Shown in pieces: positions 29,269 to 40,317 of a stretch of DNA of 64,000 nt. Each line of letters opens with the position of its first letter. Position 1 is the first letter of the stretch. The position numbers were made by a program, and so were the translations under genes. The stretch spans positions 28,363 to 92,362 of the forward strand of contig JASJCI010000007.1 of assembly GCA_030066085.1 (NCBI GenBank), given 5' to 3'. Source of the DNA: Gammaproteobacteria bacterium (GTDB taxonomy: Bacteria; Pseudomonadota; Gammaproteobacteria; GCA-001735895). A model generated the notes under the pieces. It was not told the origin of the DNA and made no database searches. It saw only the letters and a program-made list of their open reading frames with translations.

Positions 29269-30391
29269 TTCGCTCGGCCAGCAGTTCGCCGGAATCCGGC
29301 GCACCCGCATCGCGTAAATCGCAGTCGAGCAAGGCGGCCGCCTCGAAGTGCCGCTCGGGTGCTGCCTCGGCGGTGTAACGGAAAATCGACGGCGCCGACA
29401 CGATGACACTGATACCGTGCGGCACGAATGGCGATTCCACGGCATAACCATCGGTGGTGATATCCCGCATCAGGTGCGTTACGCCATAGGACAACGCGTG
29501 CCCCAGGTGAGTACCGGTATTGCCGAAGGCCATGCCGGCGAGGGAAGCACCCCACATCAATTGATCGCGTGCCTCGTGATCATCGGCACTGGCAACGCCG
29601 CGCTCGAGGTAGGCACCGGCAATCTCGAGCGCCTTTTGTGCGGCCAGGTCACTCCACGGATTGGCTCCCTGGATCAGCGGTCGCTTGCGCGGGTCCGGCT
29701 GCTTTTCCCAACGCGTGTAGGCTTTCGCGGTATAACACTCGAGCGCGTGGCACAGCAGGTCGAAACCGGTAGAGGCAACCACCATCGCCGGCAGGCTTGC
29801 GGCACAGACCGGGTCGACCAGCGCTTCCTGCGGCAGCAGCACCGGGTTGGCGAGGACGAACTTGGTCTCGAGATCGGTAATTCTGAGCACCGAGATCGAC
29901 GTGCATTCCGAACCCGTTCCGGACGTGGTGGCGCAGGCGATGTGCGGCAACAGCTGGCGTGGCATCGACTTGCCGGCCCCGAGGGGCGGCGCGAAGTAGT
30001 CGAGAAAATCGCCCGCTGGCTGCAGACCGTACAGCATCGACGCCTTGGCCGTGTCCATCACCGAACCACCACCAACCGAGACGACACCGTCGAAATTGCC
30101 GTCCGCGATGAAGGCCGCGCCGCGTTCGACGCTCTGGTCGTCGGCCTCGATCGTGATTTCGTCGAACACCGCGACGTCGATCCCGGCGGATTGCAGCGAA
30201 TCCAGCACCGTCGCGACGTAGGGACCGTTGCGCAGACCCGGGTCGGTAAACAGCGCTACACGTGACATGCCGAGCCCCGCGGCGCGAGACCCGGCTTCGG
30301 CCAGGCAGCCGCGTCCGAAGGTGTATTTCGGAATCGCGACGGTAAACGTATCGGCCCCGCCCTGGCAGGGATCAAAGTACTGGCAACCCAT
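29087..30391 (-). CDS. hydroxyacid-oxoacid transhydrogenase-like Fe-ADH
   Basis: VGGGSVMD, TTSGTGSE, CHALE, GTHLGHALSY, PHG. Confidence 0.85.
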   Translation of the reverse strand: MGCQYFDPCQGGADTFTVAIPKYTFGRGCLAEAGSRAAGLGMSRVALFTDPGLRNGPYVATVLDSLQSAGIDVAVFDEITIEADDQSVERGAAFIADGNFDGVVSVGGGSVMDTAKASMLYGLQPAGDFLDYFAPPLGAGKSMPRQLLPHIACATTSGTGSECTSISVLRITDLETKFVLANPVLLPQEALVDPVCAASLPAMVVASTGFDLLCHALECYTAKAYTRWEKQPDPRKRPLIQGANPWSDLAAQKALEIAGAYLERGVASADDHEARDQLMWGASLAGMAFGNTGTHLGHALSYGVTHLMRDITTDGYAVESPFVPHGISVIVSAPSIFRYTAEAAPERHFEAAALLDCDLRDAGAPDSGELLAERIIGLMRSTGAPNGLAGVGFGREDIPALAQSSARQARAIKNAPRDTNLVDIENIYAAALSY

Positions 30392-30452
30392 GGCCGTTCC
30401 CGGACTGTTAACGTGGCCTGCAGTTTAGCACCGCGCGGCGACGCTCGACAGT

Positions 30453-31310
30453 TCAGGCCGCGTTGGCGGCCTGGCTGCCGATAAACTCTCGAATCAGCGT
30501 CAGCAGCTTTTCCGGCTGATCCTCGGACACGAGATGGCCGCAGTTTTCCAGCAACTGCAGCCGCGAGCCGGGAATATCGGCATGCAGCCGATGTGCCCAG
30601 TCCACGACCTGCCAGGCATCGTCGACACCCCACACGATCTGCACCGGCAGGCTGCCGAGTTCTTGCAATCGGTCCGCGACGGACAGCGTATGCCGCGGGT
30701 CGTAATGCATGATCTGGTGCTGAAACAGGCTGCCCTGCCCGACCGGTCCCGCCACCATGTCGACGAATTCGTCCAGTGGCCCTGCGGCCAGCGCTTGCTG
30801 GTCGAACGCCGCCGACAGCATCCAGTCGCGGAAATGTGCACGGTGCTCGGCGTCGCCGGCCGTAATCAGGTTATCGAGACCGGTTTGCAGCTGTTGGCGC
30901 GTGCGCGGTGACGGCCAGCTGTCGTAGCTGACACAGTCGACCAGGGTCAGGCTGTCGACCCGCGCGGCATGCAGCACGCCGAGTTGCTGCGCAATCGCAC
31001 CGCCGATGTCGTGTCCGACCACGTGGGCACTATCGAGCCCCCAGTGTTCGAACAGGCCGAGCAACACCGGTAGCTGGCCGCTGACCGAGGTATCGACATC
31101 CGGGTCGCGCGGACGCTCGGAGTGACCGAAACCGAGCAGGTCGTAAAGGTAAACGCGGTATCCGGCGTCCACCAGCCCGGGGACGATTCGCCGCCAGACG
31201 CGGGAGTAGAAAGGTGTGCCGTGGATCAGTACCACCGGCGCGCCTTCGCCGTGTACTCCCCAGGCGATGCGGTGGCCATCGATCAGCGTGTTTTCGGGTA
31301 CCAGTTTCAT
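30453..31310 (-). CDS. alpha/beta hydrolase
   Basis: LIHGTP, YDLLGFGHS, GHDIGG (Asp nucleophile), CGH. Confidence 0.88.
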   Translation of the reverse strand: MKLVPENTLIDGHRIAWGVHGEGAPVVLIHGTPFYSRVWRRIVPGLVDAGYRVYLYDLLGFGHSERPRDPDVDTSVSGQLPVLLGLFEHWGLDSAHVVGHDIGGAIAQQLGVLHAARVDSLTLVDCVSYDSWPSPRTRQQLQTGLDNLITAGDAEHRAHFRDWMLSAAFDQQALAAGPLDEFVDMVAGPVGQGSLFQHQIMHYDPRHTLSVADRLQELGSLPVQIVWGVDDAWQVVDWAHRLHADIPGSRLQLLENCGHLVSEDQPEKLLTLIREFIGSQAANAA

Positions 31311-31420
31311 CGTCAAGTCTCCTCGATTTGTTGCACGAGTGCACTATGACGCAAATCTATTCATGACACTAGCGACATTAAATCATATAATATATGTCAA
31401 ATTGTCATGTTGGGCTTATC

Positions 31421-32269
31421 GTGGCTGAAAAACTCGAAATCGACGTGCTGCGCACGCTCAAGGCAATCGACGACTGCGGCGGTATCACCCGGGCGGCGGA
31501 CCGGCTTGCGCTGTCGCAATCCGCGGTCAGCCACAAAATCCGGCGCTTCGAGCGTAACACCGGCTGCCGCCTGCTGCGACGCAGGCCCGGCGGCGCCATT
31601 TTTACCGACGAAGGCCGACGGCTGGTTGACTATGCCAATCGAATCCTCGCGATCCACGACGAAGCCTGGCGCGGCATTCATCGTCCCGCGCTCGAAGGGC
31701 GCGTGCAGCTCGGCATCACCGAGGAGCTCGTCAGCAGCGGGTTGTCGCGGGTACTCGGCCGCTTTGCCCGGCTGTACCCGGCGATCCGGGTACAGACCCG
31801 CGTCGAGCAAAGCCTGGTACTCGACCGCTGGCTCGAGGCAGGCCGGATAGACATGGCGGTAATGCAGGTGTTCGCGACAGAACGACGGTCGACCGACCTG
31901 GTGCTGCAGAGCGACCGGCTGGTCTGGGTAGGATCGCTAGACCTCGACCCCGTCGATAGCGTGGAACTGCCGTTTATCGCGTTCGACGACAACTGCTTTT
32001 ATCGACGCTGGGCGAGGTCTCGCTGCGAGCGTGACGGGCGCGAACTTCGGGTCGTGCTGGAATGCGCCAGCAACGAGGGTGTGCTGAGCGCGGTATCGGC
32101 CGGCATGGGGGTAGCGCTGATTGCACGCCGACATCTGCGCGCCGACATGATCGAACTCGATCTGCCCAGGCCGCCCGCGATCGACTTCGTGATCCGGCTC
32201 GACGAAACGGATGCCGGACCTCACCTGCTCGCGCTACGGGACGAAATCGCAGTGGCGCTGGGGGACTGA
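31421..32269 (+). CDS. LysR-family regulator
   Basis: GITRAADRLALSQSAVSHKIRRFE; start GTG 31421 assumed. Confidence 0.88.
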   Translation: MAEKLEIDVLRTLKAIDDCGGITRAADRLALSQSAVSHKIRRFERNTGCRLLRRRPGGAIFTDEGRRLVDYANRILAIHDEAWRGIHRPALEGRVQLGITEELVSSGLSRVLGRFARLYPAIRVQTRVEQSLVLDRWLEAGRIDMAVMQVFATERRSTDLVLQSDRLVWVGSLDLDPVDSVELPFIAFDDNCFYRRWARSRCERDGRELRVVLECASNEGVLSAVSAGMGVALIARRHLRADMIELDLPRPPAIDFVIRLDETDAGPHLLALRDEIAVALGD

Positions 32270-32323
32270 AGCGACCACGGGGGCGGCGTCCCGCTACCTT
32301 CCGCCAGAGCAGGCGCGACTGGC

Positions 32324-32920
32324 TTACTTTTTGACCGTGGCGTCGTCGCCCCAGATGTCGACGAGGCGCCGATCGCGACCACAGCCGAAACGATAGTACT
32401 TGTAGCGCACCGGCGATTTCTTGTAGAAGTCCTGGTGGTAGGACTCGTCACCCTTGATCGGAAAGAAGGTCGTGAGCGGCAGAATCGGCATCACGACCTG
32501 CTGATCAGGGAAACGCTGTTCCACGCGGGTTTTGGAGGCCTCGGCAAGCGCGCGTTCGTCGTCGCCGGCAACGAAGATCGCGGCGAGGTATTCGTGGCCG
32601 CGGTCGCAGAACTGGCCGCCATCATCGAACGGGTCGATGTTGACCCAGAAGTGATCGAGGATACCCTGGTAATCGATTACCTCGGGATCGTAGGTGATCA
32701 GCACCGCTTCGTAATGACCGTCATGACGCCCCTTGTAGGTTGGATCGGGATAGGTCCCGCCGGTGAAACCGGAGACCACGTCGGTCACACCCTCGAGTTT
32801 TTCGAAGTCTGATTCCATGCACCAGAAACAGCCACCCGCCAGCACGGCGGTGGCGGCCTGCGCCGGCAGACCGGCCAGCAGGGTAAAGCCCAGGGTGAAG
32901 CTCAGCAACAGGGGTTTCAT
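32324..32920 (-). CDS. msrA: peptide methionine sulfoxide reductase A with signal peptide
   Basis: GGCFWC, HYEAV, YHQDFY; N-terminal signal peptide. Confidence 0.9.
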   Translation of the reverse strand: MKPLLLSFTLGFTLLAGLPAQAATAVLAGGCFWCMESDFEKLEGVTDVVSGFTGGTYPDPTYKGRHDGHYEAVLITYDPEVIDYQGILDHFWVNIDPFDDGGQFCDRGHEYLAAIFVAGDDERALAEASKTRVEQRFPDQQVVMPILPLTTFFPIKGDESYHQDFYKKSPVRYKYYRFGCGRDRRLVDIWGDDATVKK

Positions 32921-32998
32921 GAACAATCCTCGTTTCGGTGATCTGACCGTTGGCTCGCGCCGTAGTTCAACCTGTATACGGCACAAGAGGGGTTTGAG

Positions 32999-33733
32999 AT
33001 GAAGACACTGGTAACGCTGGTCCTGCTACTGATGGCGGGCTCGAGCTGGGCGGCGGGCAAAAACCTGACCTACCAGGTGAATGGCATCGACTACGAAGGT
33101 TACTTCATCAGCCCCGGCGGCGACGCGCCACTGGTGCTGCTGATTCACGACTGGGACGGACTGACGGATTACGAGGTCCGGCGTGCGAACATGCTGTCGG
33201 AGATGGGTTACGCGGTTTTCGCCGCCGACCTGTTCGGCGCCGGTGTACGCCCGACCGAGGTCGCCGACAAGCGCCAGCACACCGGTGAACTGTACAAGGA
33301 CCGGGCAAAGATGCGCGCGCTGATGAATGGCGCGCTCGACACCGCCGCCAGTCTTGGGGCCAACCGCTCCAACGCGGTCGCGATGGGCTACTGCTTCGGC
33401 GGCGCGGCGGTGCTCGAGCTGGCTCGCTCGGGCAGTGACCTGAAAGGATTCGCCAGCTTTCACGGCGGCCTCAAAACCCCGGCCGGCCAGGACTGGGGCA
33501 AAGCCAGCGCGCCGGTGCTGATCATGCACGGCACCGCCGACAGCGTGATCCCGATGTCGGACTTCGCCGCGCTGGCGGACGAACTCGAAGCGGCCGGCGT
33601 AGCCCACGAAATGGTGACCTACAGCGGCTCGCCGCATGCGTTCACGGTTTTCGGCTCGCCGAGATACCGGGAAACCGCGGATCGCAAGTCGTGGAAGCTG
33701 TTTAGCGAGTTTCTCGAAGACGTCAGCCGCTGA
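32999..33733 (+). CDS. dienelactone hydrolase family protein
   Basis: GYCFGG, HGTAD, HAF; signal peptide. Confidence 0.88.
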   Translation: MKTLVTLVLLLMAGSSWAAGKNLTYQVNGIDYEGYFISPGGDAPLVLLIHDWDGLTDYEVRRANMLSEMGYAVFAADLFGAGVRPTEVADKRQHTGELYKDRAKMRALMNGALDTAASLGANRSNAVAMGYCFGGAAVLELARSGSDLKGFASFHGGLKTPAGQDWGKASAPVLIMHGTADSVIPMSDFAALADELEAAGVAHEMVTYSGSPHAFTVFGSPRYRETADRKSWKLFSEFLEDVSR

Positions 33734-33742
33734 CTACCGGCA

Positions 33743-34708
33743 TCAATAACGGTTGGAGCGAAAGGTACTGCCGTCATTGGCGATCGCGCCGGCCTGCTGT
33801 GACCCGCCGAGCAGGTAGACGTAACCGCCAAAACTGACTACCGGCAGTCCGTGCAGCGGCAGCGGGAGGTCACGCGCGAATTGCCAGGCATCACCGACCA
33901 GGGTTTCGACACTGGCCAGGGTAGCGTCACCGCTCATCGTGACTTCACCGCCGAGAGCGTAGACCTTGCCCTGGTGATTGATCGCGCCGAGACCAGCACG
34001 CGCGGCGTTGAGCGCGGGTCCGCGAGACCAGCGGCCCGTTTCTGGATCGAACCACTCGCTGTCGGCAATCTCCCCGGCCCCGCTCCAGCGGCCGCCGATC
34101 GCAAGAATCCGCTCGCCGACCGCAACCGCGGCCAGGTGCTCGCGCCGCGCGCGGTTCGGCGCCAGCGTGATCCAGCGGTCGATCGCCGGTTCGTAACGCA
34201 GCAGGTTGCCGCCCGGACCGTCGCCGCCGACGACATAAATATAGGGCCCCAGCGCAACCGCCGTGGCGGCGTAACGCACCGCCGGCATATCGGTGGCGCG
34301 CGACCAGCGTTCGCGCTCGATATCGTAGACGAAGGTCGAGCGGCGCGCGCGCCAGTTCGAATCGGCACCGCCGAACACGAAAATTCTGCCGCCCTTCGTC
34401 GCTACCGCGGCGTGATGCCGTCCCTCGGGCAATGGCGGCAGGCTTTGCCAGCGCTCTTCGAAGGCGTCGAAAGCTTCGAATGCGCGCGTGCCGCCGAGCC
34501 CGCCCGGGACGTAGATCCTGCCCTGCCAGACCACGGCGCCTGTTGCCGAGCGCGCGGTCGGCATCGCCGCCAGCCGCTCCCATTGCGCGGCCGCGGGCCG
34601 GCACAGGGCAAGGCCGAGCAACAGGCACGCAGACAGCCGAAGCAGATGTTTCCAGGCGCGGTGATCGCCCGCAGCATCGAGTCCGTATACACGACACCCG
34701 GGGGGCAT
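33743..34708 (-). CDS. Kelch-repeat beta-propeller protein, probably secreted
   Basis: About six GG...Y/F..W repeats (IYVPGG, IFVFGG, IYVVGG, ILAIGG, VYALGG, VYLLGG); start uncertain. Confidence 0.8.
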   Translation of the reverse strand: MPPGCRVYGLDAAGDHRAWKHLLRLSACLLLGLALCRPAAAQWERLAAMPTARSATGAVVWQGRIYVPGGLGGTRAFEAFDAFEERWQSLPPLPEGRHHAAVATKGGRIFVFGGADSNWRARRSTFVYDIERERWSRATDMPAVRYAATAVALGPYIYVVGGDGPGGNLLRYEPAIDRWITLAPNRARREHLAAVAVGERILAIGGRWSGAGEIADSEWFDPETGRWSRGPALNAARAGLGAINHQGKVYALGGEVTMSGDATLASVETLVGDAWQFARDLPLPLHGLPVVSFGGYVYLLGGSQQAGAIANDGSTFRSNRY

Positions 34709-34777
34709 CGGGGCTGTTTTGATGTTTGTCCCGGGCTTTCTTATCATGCGTTTACTTATAGTCGGAGTCGAATCAGA

Positions 34778-35245
34778 ATGCTCGAAGTCAACACCGCTGC
34801 ACCGGAATTTTCCGCGGTCAACCAGGACGGCGAAACCCTGAGTCTCACCCAGTACAAGGGCAAACAAAACGTCGTGCTGTATTTTTACCCGAAAGACGAC
34901 ACGCCGGGCTGCACCACCGAGGCACTCGAGTTCACTGCGCTGATCGACCAATTCGCGGCCGCCGATACCGTGGTACTCGGCGTCAGCAAGGATACCTGCG
35001 CCAAACACCAGAAGTTTATCGCCAAGCACGCACTCCAGGTCGAATTGCTGGCGGATACCGAAGGCGAACTGTGTGAGCTGTACGGCACCTGGGCGCTGAA
35101 GAAATTCATGGGGCGCGAATCCATGGGTATCCTGCGCTCGACCTTCGTGATCGACAAATCCGGGCAGCTGGTGCACGTCGACTACAAGGTCAAGGCCAAG
35201 GGCCACGCCGAGCAAATCCTCGAAATCGCTCAGGGCCTGAACTGA
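34778..35245 (+). CDS. bcp: peroxiredoxin Bcp
   Basis: YFYPKDDTPGCTTEA. Confidence 0.9.
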   Translation: MLEVNTAAPEFSAVNQDGETLSLTQYKGKQNVVLYFYPKDDTPGCTTEALEFTALIDQFAAADTVVLGVSKDTCAKHQKFIAKHALQVELLADTEGELCELYGTWALKKFMGRESMGILRSTFVIDKSGQLVHVDYKVKAKGHAEQILEIAQGLN

Positions 35246-35339
35246 TCCGGCTCCAATCCGCTCGCTAACTTGCGCCGTGCACTTGCGCCGGCGCGTTCAG
35301 GCACTATAATCCCGCGCCTCGAACACTCTCCGGCAATCC

Positions 35340-37169
35340 ATGACCCTGTCCAGAGACAAGCTGCGCAACATCGCGATCATCGCGCATGTCGACCACGGTA
35401 AAACCACGCTGGTCGACGCGCTGCTGCGCCAGTCCGGTCGCCTCGATACCCGCGCCGGCGAAACCGAACGGGTGATGGACTCCAACGACCTCGAAAAGGA
35501 GCGCGGGATCACGATCCTGTCGAAAAATACCGCGCTCGAGTGGCAGGATTACCGCATCAACATCGTCGACACGCCGGGCCACGCGGATTTCGGCGGCGAG
35601 GTCGAGCGTATCCTGTCGATGGTCGACTCGGTACTGCTGCTGGTCGACGCGGTCGAGGGACCGATGCCGCAGACCCGCTTCGTCACGCAAAAGGCTTTCG
35701 CGATGGGTTTTACACCGATCGTCGTGGTCAACAAGATCGACCGCGACGGTGCGCGCCCCGACTGGGTCATCGACCAGGTTTTCGACCTGTTCGACCGCCT
35801 CGGCGCGAGCGACCAACAGCTCGACTTTCCGATTGTCTACGCGTCGGCGCTCGGCGGCTACGCGAGTCTCGATGACTCGGTGCGGGATGGCGACATGCAG
35901 CCGCTGTTCGAGACCATCGTCGAGCAGGTGGCAGCGCCCGACGTCCTGCTCGATGGGCCGCTGCAGCTGCAGGTGTCGAGCCTCGACTACGATACCTACA
36001 AGGGCCTGCTCGGCATCGGTCGAATCAGTCGTGGCCGGGTCGAGCGCAACACCGCGGTACGTATCGTCGCTAGCGACGGTCGCGAACGCGACGGCCGCGT
36101 GATGCAGCTGTTCGGCTTCGATGGCCTGCAGCGGGTCGAAACCGAGACCGCCGAGGCTGGTGATATCGTCGTGTTTTCCGGTATCGAGGACCTGCAGATT
36201 TCCGACACGCTGTGCGATCGCAACCACGTCGAGGCGCTGCCGCCGCTCACGGTCGACGAGCCGACCGTGAGCATGACCTTCGGCGTCAACTCGTCCCCGT
36301 TCTCCGGCCAGGACGGCAAGTTCCTGACCTCGCGCCAGATCGAGGAGCGCCTGCGGCGCGAATGCCGCCACAATGTCGCGCTGCGCGTCGAGGCGCTGGA
36401 CGAGGCCGACCGCTTCCGCGTCAGCGGGCGCGGTGAACTGCATCTCGGCATCCTGATCGAAAACATGCGCCGCGAAGGCTTCGAGCTGTCCGTGTCGCGG
36501 CCAGAGGTGATCCTGCGCGAAATCGACGGCGTCGTCTGTGAACCCTACGAGCAGCTCACGATCGATGTCGAAGAGGCGCACCAGGGCGCGGTCATGGAAG
36601 CACTGGGCCGGCGCAAGGCCGATCTGCGCGACATCCTGCCGGATAGCCGCGGCCGCGTGCGCGTCGACTATATCGTGCCGTCGCGCGGCCTGATCGGCTT
36701 CCAGGCCGAGTTCATGACCCTGAGTTCCGGCAGCGGCTTGATATACCACGTATTCGATCACTACGGGCCGAAGATCGACGGTGCCATCGGCCAGCGACAG
36801 AACGGCGTACTGATCTCGACCGCTGCCGGCAAGGCGCTGGCCTACGCGCTGTTCAACCTGCAGGAGCGCGGCAAGCTCATGATCGGTCACGGCGAACCCG
36901 TTTACGAGGGCATGGTGGTCGGCATCCATAGCCGCGCCAACGACCTCGTGGTCAACCCTTTGAAAGCCAAGCAGTTGACCAATATCCGCGCCGCCGGCAA
37001 CGACGAAAACCTGATCCTGACGCGGCCAATCCGCCTGACGCTGGAACAGGCGCTGGAATTCATCGACGACGACGAACTGGTCGAGGTCACGCCGAGCAGT
37101 ATCCGCATTCGCAAGAAATTCCTGCTGGAGCACGAGCGCAAGCGCGCGTCGCGCGGCCGCGTCGCCTGA
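35340..37169 (+). CDS. typA: translational GTPase TypA/BipA
   Basis: [45 protein letters not shown]. Confidence 0.95.
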   Translation: MTLSRDKLRNIAIIAHVDHGKTTLVDALLRQSGRLDTRAGETERVMDSNDLEKERGITILSKNTALEWQDYRINIVDTPGHADFGGEVERILSMVDSVLLLVDAVEGPMPQTRFVTQKAFAMGFTPIVVVNKIDRDGARPDWVIDQVFDLFDRLGASDQQLDFPIVYASALGGYASLDDSVRDGDMQPLFETIVEQVAAPDVLLDGPLQLQVSSLDYDTYKGLLGIGRISRGRVERNTAVRIVASDGRERDGRVMQLFGFDGLQRVETETAEAGDIVVFSGIEDLQISDTLCDRNHVEALPPLTVDEPTVSMTFGVNSSPFSGQDGKFLTSRQIEERLRRECRHNVALRVEALDEADRFRVSGRGELHLGILIENMRREGFELSVSRPEVILREIDGVVCEPYEQLTIDVEEAHQGAVMEALGRRKADLRDILPDSRGRVRVDYIVPSRGLIGFQAEFMTLSSGSGLIYHVFDHYGPKIDGAIGQRQNGVLISTAAGKALAYALFNLQERGKLMIGHGEPVYEGMVVGIHSRANDLVVNPLKAKQLTNIRAAGNDENLILTRPIRLTLEQALEFIDDDELVEVTPSSIRIRKKFLLEHERKRASRGRVA

Positions 37170-37242
37170 TACCCGGCAAGCGGCTTTTGTTCGCCCCGGC
37201 GCCGGCTTATAATCCCGGCTTGTTCCTGGGAATGAATACAAG

Positions 37243-37788
37243 ATGACGTTTTTCCTGCGCCTGCGTCACTGGGAACTGTTCCTGATGCTGGCCCTGCCGA
37301 CCCTGATGTGCCTGCTTTTCGGGTTACCGTTCGAGGGTCTCATCCTCGCCAGCATCGCGCTGTTCCTGTTTATTGTACTGTGCGCGTGGATATTCAGTAT
37401 CGGCGCCTGGAGCAACGCGCAGCTGCCGCCCGAGCGCCGCCGCGGCCTGCTGCTGTTCAGCGCCGGCCTCGTGCTGCCGATCGTGTACGTGCTGCTGTAC
37501 ATTATCCTGATACTGCCCGTGATCGAATCGGGCACGCCACCGGACCAGCCGCCGCTGTGGATTTTTCCGATGCACATGCTGTCGATGGCCGGATATTTCT
37601 ACGGCCTCTGGTTCGCGGCCAAGCAGTTCAAGTCGCTGCTGGTTAGCGAGGACGCCGACTTCCTGATCTTCAGCAGCATGTTTTTCCTGCTGTTCATCTT
37701 CCCGCTCGGGGTGTGGATTATTCAACCGAACGTCAACCAGCTCTACGCGAAGCTGGACCCGGGCAGCCAGTTCCGCGACGAGGGTTGA
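37243..37788 (+). CDS. hypothetical membrane protein
   Basis: 181 aa, about 5 TM helices. Confidence 0.7.
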   Translation: MTFFLRLRHWELFLMLALPTLMCLLFGLPFEGLILASIALFLFIVLCAWIFSIGAWSNAQLPPERRRGLLLFSAGLVLPIVYVLLYIILILPVIESGTPPDQPPLWIFPMHMLSMAGYFYGLWFAAKQFKSLLVSEDADFLIFSSMFFLLFIFPLGVWIIQPNVNQLYAKLDPGSQFRDEG

Positions 37789-37791
37789 GGA

Positions 37792-38298
37792 TTGCGGCTG
37801 AACTACTTCGCCTTCGGTTCCAACCTGTCGAGCGCGCGGTTGCTGCAGCGCCTGCCGGCGGCGCGGGTACACTGTGTTGCAACCCTGGCGCAGCACCGCC
37901 TGCGCTGGCACAAGAAAGGCCGCGACCTGTCCGGCAAGTGCGCGATCGACCCCAGCGATCATCACGCGGACCGGGTTTACGGCGTGATCTACCACATGAC
38001 GCTCGACGAGCGCCACGCGCTCGACCGCATCGAGGGCCACGGCAGCGGCTACCAGCGCCGCCAGGTCGAGGTCCTGACGCTCGCCGGCGACAGCGTCGAG
38101 GCCTTCACCTATTACGCCACCGACATCGATCACGCGCGCCAACCCTACCACTGGTACAAGGAACACGTGCTGCGCGGCGCGCTCGAACACGGTTTCCCCG
38201 AGCACTACGTCGCGACGATCCGGGCAACGGTATCGATCGACGATCACGACGCGGAGCGCCACGTCAGCGAACTCTCGATTTACGGCGACGCGCGGTGA
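37792..38298 (+). CDS. gamma-glutamylcyclotransferase family protein
   Basis: YFAFGSNL, VYGVIY, LDRIEG. Confidence 0.85.
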   Translation: MRLNYFAFGSNLSSARLLQRLPAARVHCVATLAQHRLRWHKKGRDLSGKCAIDPSDHHADRVYGVIYHMTLDERHALDRIEGHGSGYQRRQVEVLTLAGDSVEAFTYYATDIDHARQPYHWYKEHVLRGALEHGFPEHYVATIRATVSIDDHDAERHVSELSIYGDAR

Positions 38299-39011
38299 AG
38301 CAAATCCTCGTGCTCGAACATATGCCGAGCCAGAACCCGGGCATCTTCCGCGAGCTGGCGGCGGCACGCGGGGTGGCTTTCACCGAGGTCGACCTGCACG
38401 CGGGAGAAACATCGCCGGACCCCGCCGGTTTCGACGGCCTGTGGGTCATGGGCGGCTCGATGAACGTCTGGGACGAGGCCGAGTATCCGTGGCTGCGGGC
38501 GGAAAAAGAGTTGATTCGCGAGGCCGTGGTCGAACGCGGCCTGCCGTTTTTCGGCATCTGCCTCGGCCACCAGCTGCTGGCCGATGCGCTGGGCGGGGCG
38601 GTGCGAGCGACGGAGGATTTCGAAATCGGCGTGCACGACGTCACCCCGACCGCGGCAGGAGTGGAGCACGCGCTGCTGGCCCGGCTGCCCCGCCCGACCC
38701 GCTGGGTCAACGTGCACCGCGCCGAGGTTTCGCGCGCACCGGCCGAGGCGACGATACTCGCGCAATCCGAGCTCTGCGCCAACCACGCCATGCAGGTCGG
38801 CGACGCGGCTTACTCGGTACAGTTTCACCCCGAAGTCTGCGAACATACCGTTGCCGCCTGGCTGCAAATCCCCGGCATACCCGAGGCGCTGGTCTCGCTG
38901 CTCGGCCCCGGCGGGGTCGAGGACTTCAGCCGCGAGGTAGAAGCGCAGCGCATGCAACACAACCGGGCAGCCGCGCGGCTGTTCGACAACTGGCTCGACC
39001 TGGTCTACTGA
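38295..39011 (+). CDS. class I glutamine amidotransferase / gamma-glutamyl hydrolase family (copy 1)
   Basis: MGGSMN, GICLGHQ, QFHPE; GTG start overlaps the upstream TGA. Confidence 0.85.
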   Translation: MKQILVLEHMPSQNPGIFRELAAARGVAFTEVDLHAGETSPDPAGFDGLWVMGGSMNVWDEAEYPWLRAEKELIREAVVERGLPFFGICLGHQLLADALGGAVRATEDFEIGVHDVTPTAAGVEHALLARLPRPTRWVNVHRAEVSRAPAEATILAQSELCANHAMQVGDAAYSVQFHPEVCEHTVAAWLQIPGIPEALVSLLGPGGVEDFSREVEAQRMQHNRAAARLFDNWLDLVY

Positions 39012-39027
39012 AAGGGAGCATCACGAC

Positions 39028-39747
39028 ATGAACATACTGGTACTGCAACACATCGCGATCGAGGATCCCGGCTACATCAAGGACCTCATGGATGCCGACG
39101 GCTGCCGCCTGACGCAGATCGAGCTCGACGAGGGCGAGCCCATCCCCGAGGACCTGTCCGGTTTCGACGCGATGCTGTGCATGGGCGGCCCGATGGACAC
39201 CTGGATGGAGGACGATTACCCGTGGCTGGTCGAGGAAAAGCGCCGTATCCGCGACTGGGTAGTGCACGAGGAAAAGCCGTTTCTCGGTTTTTGCCTCGGC
39301 TGCCAGCTGCTCGGCGAGGTGGTTGGTGGCCAGGTCGTGCGCTCGGAGCCGTCCGAGATCGGCGTGCTCGACATCCAGATGGCGGCCGCGGCCAGGCAGG
39401 ATCCGCTGTTTGCCGACTACCCGGACAGCCTCAAGGCCGTGCAGTGGCATTCCTACGAGGTAGACGGGCTCGACCTGAACACCGACGTCACGCTGCTGGC
39501 CTCGTCACCGGCCACGCGCTACCAGATTTTCCGCTACCGGCAAAACGCCTGGGGTGTGCAATTCCACGTCGAGGTACGCGAGGATACGGTCAGGCTGTGG
39601 GGCGAGGTGCCGGAGTACAGGTCCGCACTGGAAGCGAGCCTCGGCGGCGACGCGCTCGAGTCTTTCGACCAGCAAGCACGCCGGCACATGACGGACATGA
39701 ATGCCCTGTCGCGCCAGCTCTACGAGAACTTCAGGAAAATATTATAA
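39028..39747 (+). CDS. class I glutamine amidotransferase / gamma-glutamyl hydrolase family (copy 2)
   Basis: MGGPMD, GFCLGCQ, QFHVE. Confidence 0.85.
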   Translation: MNILVLQHIAIEDPGYIKDLMDADGCRLTQIELDEGEPIPEDLSGFDAMLCMGGPMDTWMEDDYPWLVEEKRRIRDWVVHEEKPFLGFCLGCQLLGEVVGGQVVRSEPSEIGVLDIQMAAAARQDPLFADYPDSLKAVQWHSYEVDGLDLNTDVTLLASSPATRYQIFRYRQNAWGVQFHVEVREDTVRLWGEVPEYRSALEASLGGDALESFDQQARRHMTDMNALSRQLYENFRKIL

Positions 39748-40269
39748 GCGCGGCGTAAACGCGAGTACGCGTACCTGGCCCGGCAGCGTCGGGTTGAACA
39801 GGTGGTTGTGCCAGTAGGTCGCTGCGAACAGCGGATCGTCCCGGTCGAGCGACTCGACGTCGAAGTCGAACGCGTGGCCGATGCTCTTTTCGCTGAACTT
39901 GAGATGGCAGGCGCCGGCCTTGAGCAGCGCGTAGGCCACCGAGGAATCGAGGCTGAACAACGCGGTCAGGCGCCGATCGAAGGGCTCGGCATCCTGGTAG
40001 TGACGTTCGGCGAGAATACGTAACCCGTTCTTGATCCACTGCGTCGGATCCTGGGTCTTGCGCACGATGTGGCTGAACTCCGCGGTACGCTCGGCCGGGT
40101 CGCGGTGCAGGATCAGGAAACTGAGCCGGGCCTGCTCGTCGCCGCCGTTGACCGAGTGGATACCCGCGCTCATGCCGGTTGTCGGGCGCCCGCCGAGTTC
40201 GCGCATGCTGTGCTTGCGCAGGCGACACTGCCAGGCGATGAAATCATCGTAGTCTTGTGTGCTAGTCAT
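39742..40269 (-). CDS. hypothetical protein
   Basis: 175-aa ORF with globular-protein composition, downstream of fhs on the same strand. Confidence 0.7.
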   Translation of the reverse strand: MTSTQDYDDFIAWQCRLRKHSMRELGGRPTTGMSAGIHSVNGGDEQARLSFLILHRDPAERTAEFSHIVRKTQDPTQWIKNGLRILAERHYQDAEPFDRRLTALFSLDSSVAYALLKAGACHLKFSEKSIGHAFDFDVESLDRDDPLFAATYWHNHLFNPTLPGQVRVLAFTPRL

Positions 40270-40317
40270 GAGATTGATTACGCAACGAGGCCAGCATTAG
40301 TTTAACTTTAAAAACAC

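Noticed and set aside
33743-35215. 490-aa ORF as a single protein
   Set aside because: Its 5' third is the antisense of bcp; only the Kelch part looks coding.
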